Positions 1 to 11,800 of a DNA stretch of 63,799 bases are shown one piece after another. The DNA is from Octopus bimaculoides (Eukaryota). Made by a program: the position numbers and the translations under genes. The stretch spans positions 90,377,470-90,441,268 of the forward strand of contig NC_068987.1 of the NCBI RefSeq assembly GCF_001194135.2, read 5' to 3'. Position 1 is the stretch's first letter. Each line of letters starts with the position of its first letter. The notes under the pieces were generated by a model. It saw nothing but the letters and a program-made list of their open reading frames with translations. It was not told the DNA's origin and searched no databases.

Positions 1-1438
1 ACAGGGAGAGAAAGAGAGAAAGCTGAAGTGAGACTTTAAGTTAAATAATTAAGGATTCAGTCAGTATTAGTCAGACATAATGCAAGAACCTAGTTCTACA
101 AGGTCGAGGGTAATCGTGTGTTTGTGAAAGCTGGGAAAACCTGAATAGGTTAATTATAGCACAGACAACAGTTTATAAAATTAGAAACAGGGAAACTAAT
201 TCATGTGTAGGTGTATGTAGAAGAGAGAGAAAGACATTTTTCACAATTAACTTTACCTTAATAACATTTTCTCAATTATAAACTTATATATTACTTAGCC
301 TTCAACTACTTTAAAAATAAATAAACTGTCTGCTTTCCATTCTGCAATTCTGAACAACTGAAATATTTCAAATAATGGGAAGCACTACATACTATATTAT
401 TCAAGAAATGTTGGTATATGAAAATATTTATAACATTTAACCAATGTGTCGATGATTTTTAATGTTATACTGAAAATATGGTTTTGCTGTGAAATTGATC
501 TTGGTCGCATAGCCCAAGTTTTTGGGAAGCCAACAGAGGTACTGAAAAAGTTTAATTTTAGGATCATTGTCCATAGACAGTTTCCACTTATTCTAAGTCC
601 TTTGTTATGTTGTTTTGCTAAGAACATTTGGTTACATTCCCCAAGAATATACTGAAAGTTTTGGGGAAAACAGGCTTTAAGTATAAATATATATGTCAAT
701 GAATAAATCAGCTTCTATGTGTTTGGTCAACCTTCTAAAATAGCAGCAAAATTTCCCTTATATCACACACTACTCATCATCTTAAAAAAAAAAAAAGAGG
801 AAAAAAAAAACGAATATGAGGTCAAAAATAATGTTTCTTTCCTTTCTTTTTCCTTTCTAGAATATAATTAGACAGGAATGGTTGCTGTATTTTGGGTAAA
901 AAGAATTCATAAAATATTTTGGTAGATTCCAGTAAAGCTAAAGCATTAAGTTCAAAGAATGAAATAAATAATATTTCAGGAAGTTCAAGGAAGTGTTTTA
1001 CATATTTTTCATAACACTGTAATAAAATAGGTTCTAGTTATAGAACTGCCATTGTGAGGAAAGGATTCTATAAAGTGTAGTCATAAAGAAGGAACTTTTA
1101 TAGGGTGAGGTATTTAAGGTATCGTATATGGAAGGGAGTGGAATCTGGTGGATTTGCAGGCAGAGAAAGAGAAATCCAATATCTGACTTGACTGGCATCA
1201 GATTCGAAGAGAGAGCAATGAATAGTAGTAACCAACAGACAAAGAAATTAGAAGATCTCATAAGAGATTTGCTACAGGTACAGAATAGGAAGATCTAGGC
1301 TATAACATCAGACAATCATCAATTTATGGTTGTTTCTCCATGCTTGCATGGATCTGATATTAAACATTTTTGTTATAAAACACACAGAAAAAAAAAAATT
1401 CTATTAAGCCAAATGTTTAAGAAAAACAAAAAAGAATT

Positions 1439-1863
1439 TGTTGTATGCTGTCAACTTAATGTGACAGTCCCATGAAGGGAATAATACTGTTGTTGTTTAG
1501 ACCTAGGAAGCTGCACCGCTTCCTGTCAGCCTTGACACATTTCCTGTGTTCTTATGTTTACAAGGGGGAGACAAGCACCTCCACCCAGCTAAGCCTGCAT
1601 CCAGAGACATGTTTCTGAGTCTTTGCTCGTCATCAGTCTGGAGTAGCATGACCTGCTGGTGGAGGTGCTTGTCTCCCCCTTGTAAACATAAGGACACAGG
1701 AAATGTGTCAAGGCAGACAGGAAGCAGTGTAGCTTCCTCGGTCTAAACAACAGTAGTATTATTCCCTTCATGAGACTGTCATATTAAGTTGACAGCATAC
1801 AACTACTTCAACATATCACTACTGCATAAATCTCTCTGAGAGATTTAGAAATGTATTATTTCT
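1439..1863. mobile_element. Asymmetric fold-back element with central hammerhead ribozyme (non-autonomous Penelope-like/retrozyme-like)
   Basis: Inverted arms 1440-1589 and 1655-1803 with few mismatches; ~60-nt unpaired right extension containing hairpin aaatctctctgagagattt; degenerate ~15-bp direct flanks aaacaaaaaagaatt (1424-1438) / aaccaaaaaggaatt (1864-1878); homologous copy at 16.6 kb. Confidence 0.75.
1600..1642 (-). ncRNA. Minimal type-I hammerhead ribozyme motif
   Basis: Minus strand reads TCCAGA-CTGATGA-CGAG caaaga CTCA-GAAAC-AT-GTC-TCTGGA: 6-bp helix I, CUGAUGA and GAAA core boxes, GAG/CTC helix II with a C-A mismatch at its base, palindromic ACATGT helix III, GUC cleavage triplet. 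Confidence 0.8.
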
Positions 1864-1879
1864 AACCAAAAAGGAATTC

Positions 1880-2135
1880 ATCATCATCATCGTTTAATGT
1901 CAGTCTTCCTCACTGGCATGGGTTGGCCGGTTTGACAGGAGCTGGCCAGCTGAAGAGGCTGTCTGGGTTCCATGTCTGTTTGGGTTCCATGTCTGTTTGG
2001 GTTCCATGTCTGTTTGGTATGCTTTCTAAGGCTGAATGCCTTTCCTAACACCAACCACTTTACAGAGTATACTGGGTGCTTTTATGCAGCACTGGCACAG
2101 GTACTTTTACATGGTACCAGCACAGGTGCTTTTTA
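1880..2135 (-). mobile_element. RTE-type 3' end / RTE-tailed repeat fragment ending in (GAT)n
   Basis: (cat)n followed by cgtttaatgtc...gcatgggttgg, same family as 12752-13110 and the 3' UTR at 50120-50606; internal 17-bp triplication at 1964-2014. Confidence 0.7.
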
Positions 2136-4939
2136 CGTTAATCTTGTAGTGTCTTGGGAGGGTCATTATGCCAATAAAACAAGGTTTGTTTCAACACAAG
2201 AATTTACATCAGGAATCTTGTAAACCAAATACAAAAATGAGGAGAAATATATTAATCCTTTACAAATAATAGATTTTTTTGGTTTTCCTTCCAAAGGGAA
2301 AACTACATTCTATTTATTGGTATTCTTGTACAAGGAGATGCTGCAAATTGCATCCAGACAACAAGGTTGTTTGATTACGTATAAAAAGAGTATTCAACAG
2401 TAAAACAAATTTTTCAAACAAAATAAGAAAAAAGTCCCAGCCATTCAAACAAAGAAGAATTCATGAAAAACATAAAACCGTGTTGAATAAACTTTATGTA
2501 TTTAATTAAAATCTTAGGCAATGTCTTACTGAACAGCCTTATGATCAAAAGGTCTCTGAGCCATGACCATCTGGTCAATTTTTGTCAGACATTTATATTA
2601 TGCCATCCAACATGTCCTTCAGTTTTTCAAATCTGTAGAGCATAAGTTGAAGATATGGCTGTTATTTCTAGCATATCAAGCAGCTCTCAAGAGTCTACTT
2701 TACTTAACTCATGATTTTTCAAGTTTTCTTACTACTTGAGCAAAAAAAAAAAAAATTTCTAGAAATTTATCATCAGTTTTACTTCTACTTTTCTATGTTG
2801 GCATGGATCGGACATTTTTCTGAATATCGACACCCTTCTTGCCTCCAACTTTTTTAGTCACCTCTTATGACACATAAGGGTACAGTGTACTCATTCCTAA
2901 CATGGAATACTGATAGTAAGATAGACATTTTAGCATTATAGGAGCTACAAGAGAGAATCCTTATCTGAAATTAGTATTGTAAGGTACAGACACAGTCTAC
3001 TTCATCAAAAGCTTTTACTTTTTCATGCCTACAATTTATAATTAGGGAGATTTCAGTAGATTTTAATTGAAATAGTTATCCTTTATTAGTAATTCCTACC
3101 TTATTAAAAGGAAATAGTATTAATATCTTAAATTACTGTTTCTCATTTTCAGCCATGAAATTGGTAGGAAACTGATAGTGTTTGCTTAAATCAAACTCAC
3201 AAGAGAGGGAGAAAAAAATAAAAAAGAGATGCATGCTGATGGAGGACGAAAGACTTAACACATAAATCATGACGGGGCCATGATTGTGGGCGTCAGGCAC
3301 AGGTCAACAGGCCACAATTGTGGCCCAGATAGATGCATTTAATTTATGGGTGTTTGTTGGGGTCTAGTGTCACTTAAATGCTCCGATACCCCCTAAAATG
3401 CAAGAGGGCTAATAGTTCAACTAATGACTTTTCAGATGATGTAAAACTTGCCACCATTATATACTAAAAAGATATTTTAAAACTATTTTTTTGTTTTTTA
3501 TGTGTGCATGGTAGTCTCATTTTCATAAAATGTGCTCAGCAGTCCATGCTATGTAAGAGCAAACCCCAGTGCTTTATGGGTTAATACTTCAAATGGACTC
3601 TTATTACAGGTTCTTGTTTTCAATAAAGTACTCTCCCCAAAATGTCAATTTATCTCACATTACACTAACAGACATCTCTTCTGCTCCTTATTTGTTTTCT
3701 TTTAGTTTTGTTTTTTGTACAATGCTCTTTATATGAGGTCTTAATTTTTTTGTATCTAACAAACATGATCAAACATGCCCCAAATTTGACTATTGTGTTT
3801 CTCTTGGGGTGGGTGGGGGTGGAGAGAGGAGCAATTTAATCCATTTCTTGTAGACCAAACAAGCATGTAAAACTGTAGGGTTGTCATTTTAGACACTGTT
3901 TGCATTTCTGTAACCCCTTAGCAAAATTTACAGCTGTTTTTGAATCCTGAATATATTTTATTTATTAATGAAAATTATTACTAAATTCAGAGATAATCCT
4001 TGACAAGTTTTACATGTATTCCAATTCCAGTTTTAGAAGAGGGGCTCAACAACCCTGCATGTTCTAAAAGATGATTAAAAGGGTTAGTAACATAAAACAC
4101 TGTCTCAGGAAAACCCAATCAATCCATGCCAGCATAGAAAAGCAAAAGTGAAATGAATCTTTGATAGGCCAATTCCAGTATGGTTAGGGTAAAAACTGAT
4201 CCTGCAGGTATTCTTACTGAGTGGATATTTATAATTTAGCATTGATAGGAATGTTTGCCAGTCTTTAATTCCTACTTTAAAGTGACTGATTTCTTCAGAA
4301 GTCTCCAGAACAGTTGAATAAATTATGAGCCAGATCAAGTTCAGCAAGTCTGAAATGAATCTGGCTCGTAATTTCAATTAATGACAAACATGACAGAAAA
4401 CCAAAATAAATAGGAGATCGAAGTTTGTACTCTTCTGTAAAACATTGCCACAGTTTATCAAGTTGTTAGGAATAGGTTACTTTTGATTGACCATAGTCCA
4501 TTTCCAAGACAACATTTCTTATTTCATACCATGCCACTGGCCCTTAAAAGCATCATAGAGCTTAAGAGACATTCACACATGTGATGATGATGATGGTGAT
4601 ATATTTTGATTTTAGCATCCATTGCCCTTATATCAACACCAACGACAATAATAATCTGGGAGGATATCTACTCACATCGACAACCATCACTATAATTCTC
4701 AAGGACAGGAATGAAAATCTCTGTATTCTAATAAACACTTTGATCTTCTGACCAAAATATCACCAAAAAGGAAGTTGAAAAATGACCAAACTACAAGGAT
4801 TTTGAAATGGAAGCGAGCAACATGTAAGGCATGAAAGTGAAGCTACTCTCACAATTGGGGTTCTTGACTGAATAAACAAGAAAATGAAACATGAACCAAG
4901 CCATGGGGAAAAGAAAACAAAAAAAAAAGAAACAAGGTG

Positions 4940-5185
4940 TGGTAACATGGTTCCAGGCACCTTGGGCAAGTGTCTTCTACTATAGCCTCAGACTGACCAA
5001 AGCCTTGTGAGTGCATTTAAAAAAACAAAGTACTGGGGTTGATTCCTTTAACTAAAAAACTTCTTCAAGGTGGTGCCCCAGCAAAGTCAGAGTCTAATGA
5101 CAGAACAAGTAAAAGATAAATCAAGGCCAAGAACAGGTGGTGCCCCAACAAGGTCAGAACAAGTAAAAGATAAATCAAGGCCAAG
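4940..5185 (+). mobile_element. Internally deleted tRNA/CORE-like SINE (family A) with duplicated tail
   Basis: ggcaccttgggcaagtgtcttctactatagcc core and aaggtggtgccccagca tail; 31-bp tail repeat at 5101-5131 and 5155-5185. Confidence 0.65.
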
Positions 5186-5614
5186 GTTCACAGTTCTCCA
5201 CACAACCTACGAAACAGCCTCATTAAGGACAGACTACATCCTACACAAGACACTTTCCATTCAATAGTACAACTCACACAGCACATACCCTACATAATCA
5301 CCAACCATCAAATTAACATATACTGTTACATAATCGACACCCAACACTAATACATCTCACACACATTCAACAGCTTGCAAAACTCCTTTACCACCTACAA
5401 CTCACAAAGCAGCACATATTATTCTACACAATCAGCAAACAACAAAATAACACAATTCCCGTAGCACATATACTACACAGAAACCAAAACACTGAAGGAA
5501 CACCAGAAACAACAAAGTGAAATAGATGTACCTTAAAAAAACACGACCCTAAACATCTTCCCAAAAGAAAAAAAAAAAAAAACAACCAAATTATGCAGCA
5601 TCCTCCCTTTAAAA

Positions 5615-5914
5615 GTACAGGTTCTCAAAGTGGGAGTTACTGTCCACCCCCCAAGTAGGCATTGTGATGGTTCAGGTGGCTGCTGGTGCTTAAGGGGGCA
5701 GTAGAGAAAAAAGGGGCCATAGGAGAAAGGTAATGAATTGGGGGACGCTATGAATCTATTACAATATTATACAAATATTAAATAATTCATAGTATATGTA
5801 AATTAGTAAAATATAAAATATTTAATTTATACCTAAAAATAGGGGTGGGGGTGCTGAGGGTATTATGTGACCATGAGGGGGGAGGGCGTGGCCCAATGGG
5901 TTTGAGAACCTCTA
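5615..5914. mobile_element. hAT-like MITE
   Basis: Terminal inverted repeats tacaggttctcaaa / tttgagaacctcta; candidate 8-bp TSD ctttaaaa (5607-5614) / ctttagaa (5915-5922); no ORF. Confidence 0.6.
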
Positions 5915-6589
5915 CTTTAGAAAATGAAAAGTGTTGGAAGGGACGGAGTGGAAATTCTCATGAAGCATAAAACCACAAATTTTGTTGTGTCAGGCTGTGC
6001 TAATCAAAAGGTAGGACTGCAGTTGCTTGCTGTCCTGAAATCGCTTTGGTCAGCTTCTATGCACGACTACCATAATTTGCATAACAATGACATCACTGTT
6101 GTGTCGTTCTTTTAATGCTAAGCCTGTTCCATTCAGTGTTCCTTGTTGTAAGCAATCCTTACTTGTTATAATCCTTTCTAACAGGCACAAAGCCACAAAT
6201 TATTTGGAGGGAGAGAAGGATTAGTTGATTAAAATAACCCCAGCACATGACTGGTACTTTATTTGAAATTTTAGTGATCCTGAAATGAAAGGTAAAGATG
6301 ACCTGAGCAAAATTTAAACTCCAAACACAAAAGATGGCTTTTACCCCATCATTTTACCTATTCTATTAATCCCACAGCACTTGTAGTAGTAGTAGTAGTG
6401 GTGGTGGTGGTGGTTTCAAATTTTGGTGCAAAGCCAGCAACTTCAGAATTACTATATTAAATAATCTACATCCTGCTAATTTTAATCTGAACTTAATCTG
6501 TTTATTACTATATATGTATACATTTTAATAACAAGATGTTGGTTCTACAGCCATCTGGAACAAACTTGACAGAGTTAACTGACAGTCTT

Positions 6590-6800
6590 CATCATCATCA
6601 TCATTATTTTAATATTCCCTTTTCCATATGAGCATGGGTCAGACAGAACTTATTGAGGCAGATTTTCAATGGCCAGATGCCTTCCCTGTTGCTAACCCTC
6701 ACTTGTTTCCAAGTAAAGTAATATTTCCCCCATGACCAAACATGTTTCTGAAGAATATAAGAAATGAATGGCATTCATTTTCAACAATCATGCAATACGT
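6590..6800 (-). mobile_element. (GAT)n-tailed interspersed repeat (family E)
   Basis: (cat)n-ttttaa-ttccatatgagcatgggtcagacag...ccctcacttgtttccaagtaaagtaatatttcccc; further copies near 30080-30330, 32330-32580, 35780-36140, 39240-39470, 41420-41660, 57460-57680. Confidence 0.65.
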
Positions 6801-6896
6801 AAAGAAGGGGGCACACGCACTCAAGAAAAAAATTAAATAAACAGGCTTCTTTCAGTTTCCGTCTCTCAAATAAGGCTGTGGTTGGCCTGGTGATAG

Positions 6897-7125
6897 AGTA
6901 GGAGCTGGCAGAAACGTTAGCATGCTGGGCGAAATGCTTATCGGTATTTTGTCTGCCGTTACGTTCTGAGTTCAAATTCTGTCGATGTTGACTTTGCCTT
7001 TCATCCTTTCGGGGTTGATAAATTAAGTACCAATTACGCACTGGGGTCGATGTAATTGACTTAATCCCTCTGTCTGTCCTTGTTTGTCCCCTTCTATGTT
7101 TAGCCTCTTGTGGGCAATAAAGAAA
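6897..7125 (+). mobile_element. tRNA-derived SINE family B (Deu/Nin-like central motif), near full length
   Basis: Head gagctggcagaaacgttagca...gagttcaaattc (B-box like); central gcctttcatcctttcggggttgataaattaagtacc; tail aataaagaaata. Confidence 0.75.
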
Positions 7126-7379
7126 TAGATATAGTAGGTACCATGCAGTGGGACTGAACCTGGAATCATGTGGTTAGGAAGCAAACTTCTGACCACAGAG
7201 CAGTGTCTTCTTTCTCACTTAATAAATCATATTGTTTTCACCTCTGATCACCTGCAGAAGAAACCTCTACAAATTGCATGCGTGACCCTATATAGAACTA
7301 TACCCATACTTGGGGACAAGGTTGCCTCTTCTCCAAACTGCAACCAAAAGTTTTATTCAACTGATTAACATAGATTCAC

Positions 7380-7590
7380 TCAGTCATCCTCAGGCTGCAA
7401 CTGCTGGATTGCAGATGCACTGCTTCCACTATCTGCATCGTCTGCCAGCACTACATCAGTTTCTATTCCTCTGAAATAGCTCGCTGCAGATGCATCCAGA
7501 ACCACCAATCCAGGCCATCAGAGGCCTTGCATGAAATACTTTAATTCTTTCTCTCCAGAATTACAAGCCTCCAGAAATCCACACCCAGTT
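7380..7590 (+). pseudogene. Highly decayed LINE (CR1/L2/Jockey-like) RT C-terminal remnant
   Basis: Translation gives ...YISFYSSEIA... and KYFNSFSP, resembling the SSEL / NSFFPRT motifs recalled from such elements; frameshifted. Confidence 0.3.
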
Positions 7591-7599
7591 CTTTATCGG

Positions 7600-7930
7600 T
7601 CGTTGGACTGCAGTCATGCTGGGGCACTGACTCAAAGGGACAAATCATTCTCAGTATGTTTTTTTTTTTCAAGTCTGGTACTTGCTTAGTCTTTTTGCTG
7701 AACAACTAACTGCTAATTTTCAGGAATGTAAACAAACCAACACCAGTTGTCAACCAATGAGAAGTGACAAACACACACATCTGTGTGTGTGAGTGTGTGT
7801 TGGGCTTTCACACAGTCTCCATCAATCAAGTTCTCTCACAAGGCATTGGTTGGCCCAGGGCCATGGTACTTGCTCAAAGTAAACCTGAAACCATATGGTT
7901 GCAAAGAGAACATCTTAACCACACTGCCAC
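7600..7930 (-). mobile_element. SINE family A copy
   Basis: Reverse complement of the family A body seen at 35180-35590 and 61980-62390. Confidence 0.7.
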
Positions 7931-8685
7931 ATCTACACTTATGCCAAACATTTATTTATTTATTTATTATTCCATCTCCCACCTTACCACTCCCAATATT
8001 TTTTTAAAGCAAATTTCAATCTACAAATAAAATATCAATCTCATCAGTTTTGAAGGGTCTGCAAACGTAACAGGCACTGCCCACAATTCCTTCAGACTTG
8101 GCCCAGGAAAAGATAAATATGTACACTTAAAATATTAACAAACTGTATTTCCCAACCAAAGCAATAACTATCAGTAACATTTAAAATAAAATTAAAAAAC
8201 CTGCACAAACAAAAAGAAAAAAAAAGGGGCGGGGGGGAATGAAGATAATATGATAGCAGAACCCTTAACTCAGACGAGGTTCCTTAACTACATATCGCTA
8301 CTTCACATCTAATTTAATTTAAAAACAAAAAATGCTTGGCATTCCAATAAAATAAATATCTTTATATAGTTTGTTTGTTTTTTAATAATTTTTTTATAAA
8401 AAATAATTCAAGCTGATTTGACAACATTAAAAATTCTTTGGAAGTATTATCTAGGAACTTAGCAGCTATTACTATTGCCATTACTATTACTACTACTACT
8501 ACTGGTGACAGTGGCGGTGCACTGCTTCTAAATCCAGTCCATTAGGAACCCACATAACCTCAATTACCATCTCCCACACCACCACAACGGTTAGGAAGAG
8601 GGTAGTGTCACAAGTATTTCTTGTAATAGTCTCTCTGGACATTTTCTTCTTTATAACCTTGACAATATTTTATGGATTCTTAACT

Positions 8686-8805
8686 GGTGCTCTGTCGGTT
8701 ATGACAATGAGGGTTCCAGTTGATCCAATCAACAGAACAGCTTGCGCATGAGATTAATGTGCGAGTGGCTGAGTACGCCACAGACACATGTACCCTCCAC
8801 CCTTT
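8686..8805 (-). mobile_element. 3' fragment of SINE family C
   Basis: Reverse complement of 9290-9405. Confidence 0.75.
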
Positions 8806-8807
8806 TG

Positions 8808-8990
8808 TTACCATATTCCTGTTGAGATGCTCTGCGTTTCTTTCAATTACTTTAAATATAACAAAGAATTTAGGAAAATAACTTTGTTATCATTAAGCTA
8901 GTGTTAGGAACATAAATTGTGACTAAGGTTTGGTGGAAGATTTTAATTCAAAACTTATGAAAACAAGACATTTGTACTACAGTATTTTAG
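8808..8990. mobile_element. Truncated piggyBac-like MITE (same family as 22992-23214, opposite orientation)
   Basis: cccttttgttac end; body is the reverse complement of 23030-23214. Confidence 0.65.
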
Positions 8991-9025
8991 CAGTTTATAC
9001 CATATGAATGCTTACAATAAGCATA

Positions 9026-9405
9026 GAGGCGTAATGGCCCAGTGGTTAGGGCAGTGGACTCGTGGTTGTAGGATTACAGTTTTGATTCTCAGACCAGGCG
9101 TTGTAAGTGTTTATTGAGCGAAAACACACAAAGTTCCACGAGGCTCTGACAGGGGATGGTAGTGAACCCTGCTGTACTCTTTCACCTCAACTTTCTCTCA
9201 CTGTTTCTTCTTGTTTCTGTTGTACTTGTATTTCAAAGGGCCAGCCTTGTCACACTCAATGTCATGCTGAATCTTCCTCCGACAACTACGTTGAGGGTAC
9301 ACACGTCTGTGGAGTACTCAGCCACTTGCACATTAACTTCACGAGCAGACTGTTCCGTTGATTGGATCAACTGGAACCCTCGTCTTCGTAACCGACAGAG
9401 TACCA
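9026..9405 (+). mobile_element. Full-length tRNA-derived SINE family C (~380 bp)
   Basis: tRNA-like head ggcgtaatggcccagtggttagggcagtggactc...gattctcagacc with A- and B-box-like motifs; near-identical minus-strand copy at 59035-59387. Confidence 0.8.
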
Positions 9406-9999
9406 TAACTTACAATAGCAAAAAGAAAAGAAAAAAGTGATCACACAAAAATCTAAAAAACATTATATATATACATATATATATTTTATAATTAGATACA
9501 TAATTATAACAAGGGATTGGCTATAAGTCTTTCCACACGCTGAAAAATAGACACCAAAAGACACCATTACCACCTTATTATAATTAATATTTGAAAAATT
9601 TACTCCGTGATCAAAACTGCATTCCCTGCAGAGTATGTCTTGACATACTACACTGGTGTTGTAAGTCCACATACATCACTGGAAGAAAAGCAGTATTTCA
9701 AAGAGTGGCATATATGGAAGAAGATGAACAATGAAGACAAATGAACTTCATTTTTTACAATTATTTCTGTAAGTTTACATGTGTGTGAACAGTCACACAA
9801 TATGTGGGTGTGGTTGAGCATATCAGAATGCTACATCAGGGTAGCATTAAGGTGTACATCTTTGCATTGTGCAAAGAATATATATTTTGTGTTGCTTATG
9901 TAAAGGTAGGATCTAGGCAAAGAGTAAAAAAAAAAATGAAAAATGATAAAAAAAAAATGAAAAATGATAAAAAAAAAAACAAGGCGCGAAGCTTTTGGG

Positions 10000-10175
10000 G
10001 AGGGGGCCAGTCAATTAGATCAACACCAGTACGCAACTGGTACTTAATTTATCGATACCGAAAGGATGAAAGGCAAAGTCAACCTCAGCAGAATTTGAAC
10101 TCAGAATGTAAAGACATACAAAATACCGCTAAGCATTTCACCCAGTGTGCAAACATTTTTGCCAGTTCACCGCCT
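10000..10175 (-). mobile_element. SINE family B copy
   Basis: ctggtacttaatttatcga...gaatttgaactcagaatg...gccagttcaccgcct; others at ~21255-21485(-), 31270-31470(-), 35845-36055(+), 38505-38680(-), 40000-40215(+), 47150-47270(+), 55910-56040(-), 56590-56790(-). Confidence 0.75.
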
Positions 10176-10336
10176 TGAAAAATGATAAAATAATGAAAAC
10201 ACAATACCAATAATAATAAAACTAATTTCCTTGATACAAGTGGCATTGATAAGAGATAGGCCTGTAATAAATCACAAATGTTAATAGTGGTAGATTTTGA
10301 GAATGTTACTTCCTGCCCCACAATGATAAAAATATT

Positions 10337-10692
10337 AACAAGTGCACTCAGAGAGCGCAAACCTGTGCCAAGGTAACACTAACATCCTCTCAACGATTAA
10401 CTAGAGATAATTTTTAAAATGAGAATATCTGAAATAAACTCAATTGCTCTCACAAACAAAAATACTAAATATGAACGCGACTGCTCTCAAAAATTAAGTA
10501 AAAAACCAGGAAAAATAATCCAGAATCCTTGTCAAGTACTAGATTGATCCCAAAATCTAATTAGTTTGTGCCAGTCATGAGGCCAAACATCCCTGAAAGT
10601 TTCATCTGAATCCATCTAGCGGTTCTTGAGATATCTTACCCATGGACAAACAGACACGACTGAAAACAATGCCTTTGCTAAGGCAGAGATAA
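10337..10692 (+). mobile_element. Non-autonomous Helentron-like (HINE/DINE-1-type) element
   Basis: 5' aacaagtgcactcagagagcgcaaacctgtgccaagg; 3' gaaaacaatgcctttgctaaggcagagataa with a small hairpin and degenerate subterminal inverted repeat; AT-rich insertion context; family assignment from recalled architecture. Confidence 0.5.
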
Positions 10693-11289
10693 TAACAACA
10701 TCAATAATAATGGTTTCAAATTTTGACACAAGGCCAGCAATTTTATGGGTGGGAGCTTAGACAATTACATCAACCCCAGAGTTTCACAGATACTTATTTT
10801 ATTAACCCCAAAAGAATGAAAGGAAGAGTACTCAAAGTAAAGATGGACAAAAGACGGCTGGATATTTTGTACAGCATGTTAACAATTCCACCAGTTCACC
10901 ACCTTAACAACTATAATAACAGACCTTTTGAATGGGATGGGTTACTCGACCTGAAGAAAATCCTAGCTGGGCCCCACTTGCAGGGTCATGCACTGTTTAT
11001 CTTGATATGAGATCATTTCGTTGTGCACATATGGTTGTGATGCATGTGTCTGGTGAACTCTTATCAGATAGGTGGTCATGATAGGTATATTGGCCTTCGT
11101 ATATTTGTACCCCAGTGTCACTTTGATGGCAATGTGCTGGTCTCTCACACAATAATAAAATTTAAAATAAATATAAAGCAAATATCAGATTGGAGCCTGG
11201 TGTAGCCATCTGAATCACCAGTCCTCAGTCAAATCGTCCAACCCATGCTAGCATGGAAAGCAGATGTTAAACGATGATGATGATGATTA

Positions 11290-11800
11290 GAATATGATAA
11301 AAATAAAATATATTATGGAGATGTACTTGCATAGCAAGAGACCTGATCTGAGATTGTATGCTGGAACGAAAACGATTGCAGTGTGGAAGGTGTTTAAGAA
11401 ACACTCAAAAACCATTAGATTCACTTCAACATTTGAATCTAATTTTCCAAAATATTTTGGTCGCTTTGAGACCGCGACCTGTTCACTGACAAAATTCCAT
11501 GCAGGAAACAAAAGCGCCACCCGCCACCCACCGAAATTAGTCTCCAAATGTGCCCCTGTTGACATTGGTGATTTATTACTAAGCAGCATCTTATCAGTGT
11601 TGCTTATACCACTAAGATTAGTTTTATTATTGTCCCTGATTGTTAATGTCTTTATTATCCTTATAATTATTGTTGCACTCATTGTCCGTTTTCTCCCTGT
11701 ATAACCAACACAAAATACATATCCTTCGCACTTCTGATGAAGTGCTACTTCAATATATTCAACCACAGACATATTGCGTAACTTTTTATGTCAGGTGGCC
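11290..11800. repeat. Interspersed repeat, possibly a Penelope-like terminal segment; overlapping ORFs judged non-coding
   Basis: 11700-11790 is homologous in inverted orientation to ~9790-9900; hairpin ggtcgc/gcgacc next to palindrome ccaaaatattttgg. Confidence 0.35.

Noticed and set aside
397-699. 100-aa minus-strand ORF and nearby acceptor-like sites
   Set aside because: No recognisable motif, no convincing donor/acceptor pair preserving a frame; typical chance ORF in AT-rich DNA
4292-4350. LRR-like peptide LAELDLAHNLF on the minus strand after an acceptor-like site
   Set aside because: In-frame stop seven codons later, no donor and no neighbouring LRRs
11287-11772. Overlapping 136-aa and 161-aa ORFs
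   Set aside because: They lie within repeat-like, low-complexity AT-rich sequence with no domain signature
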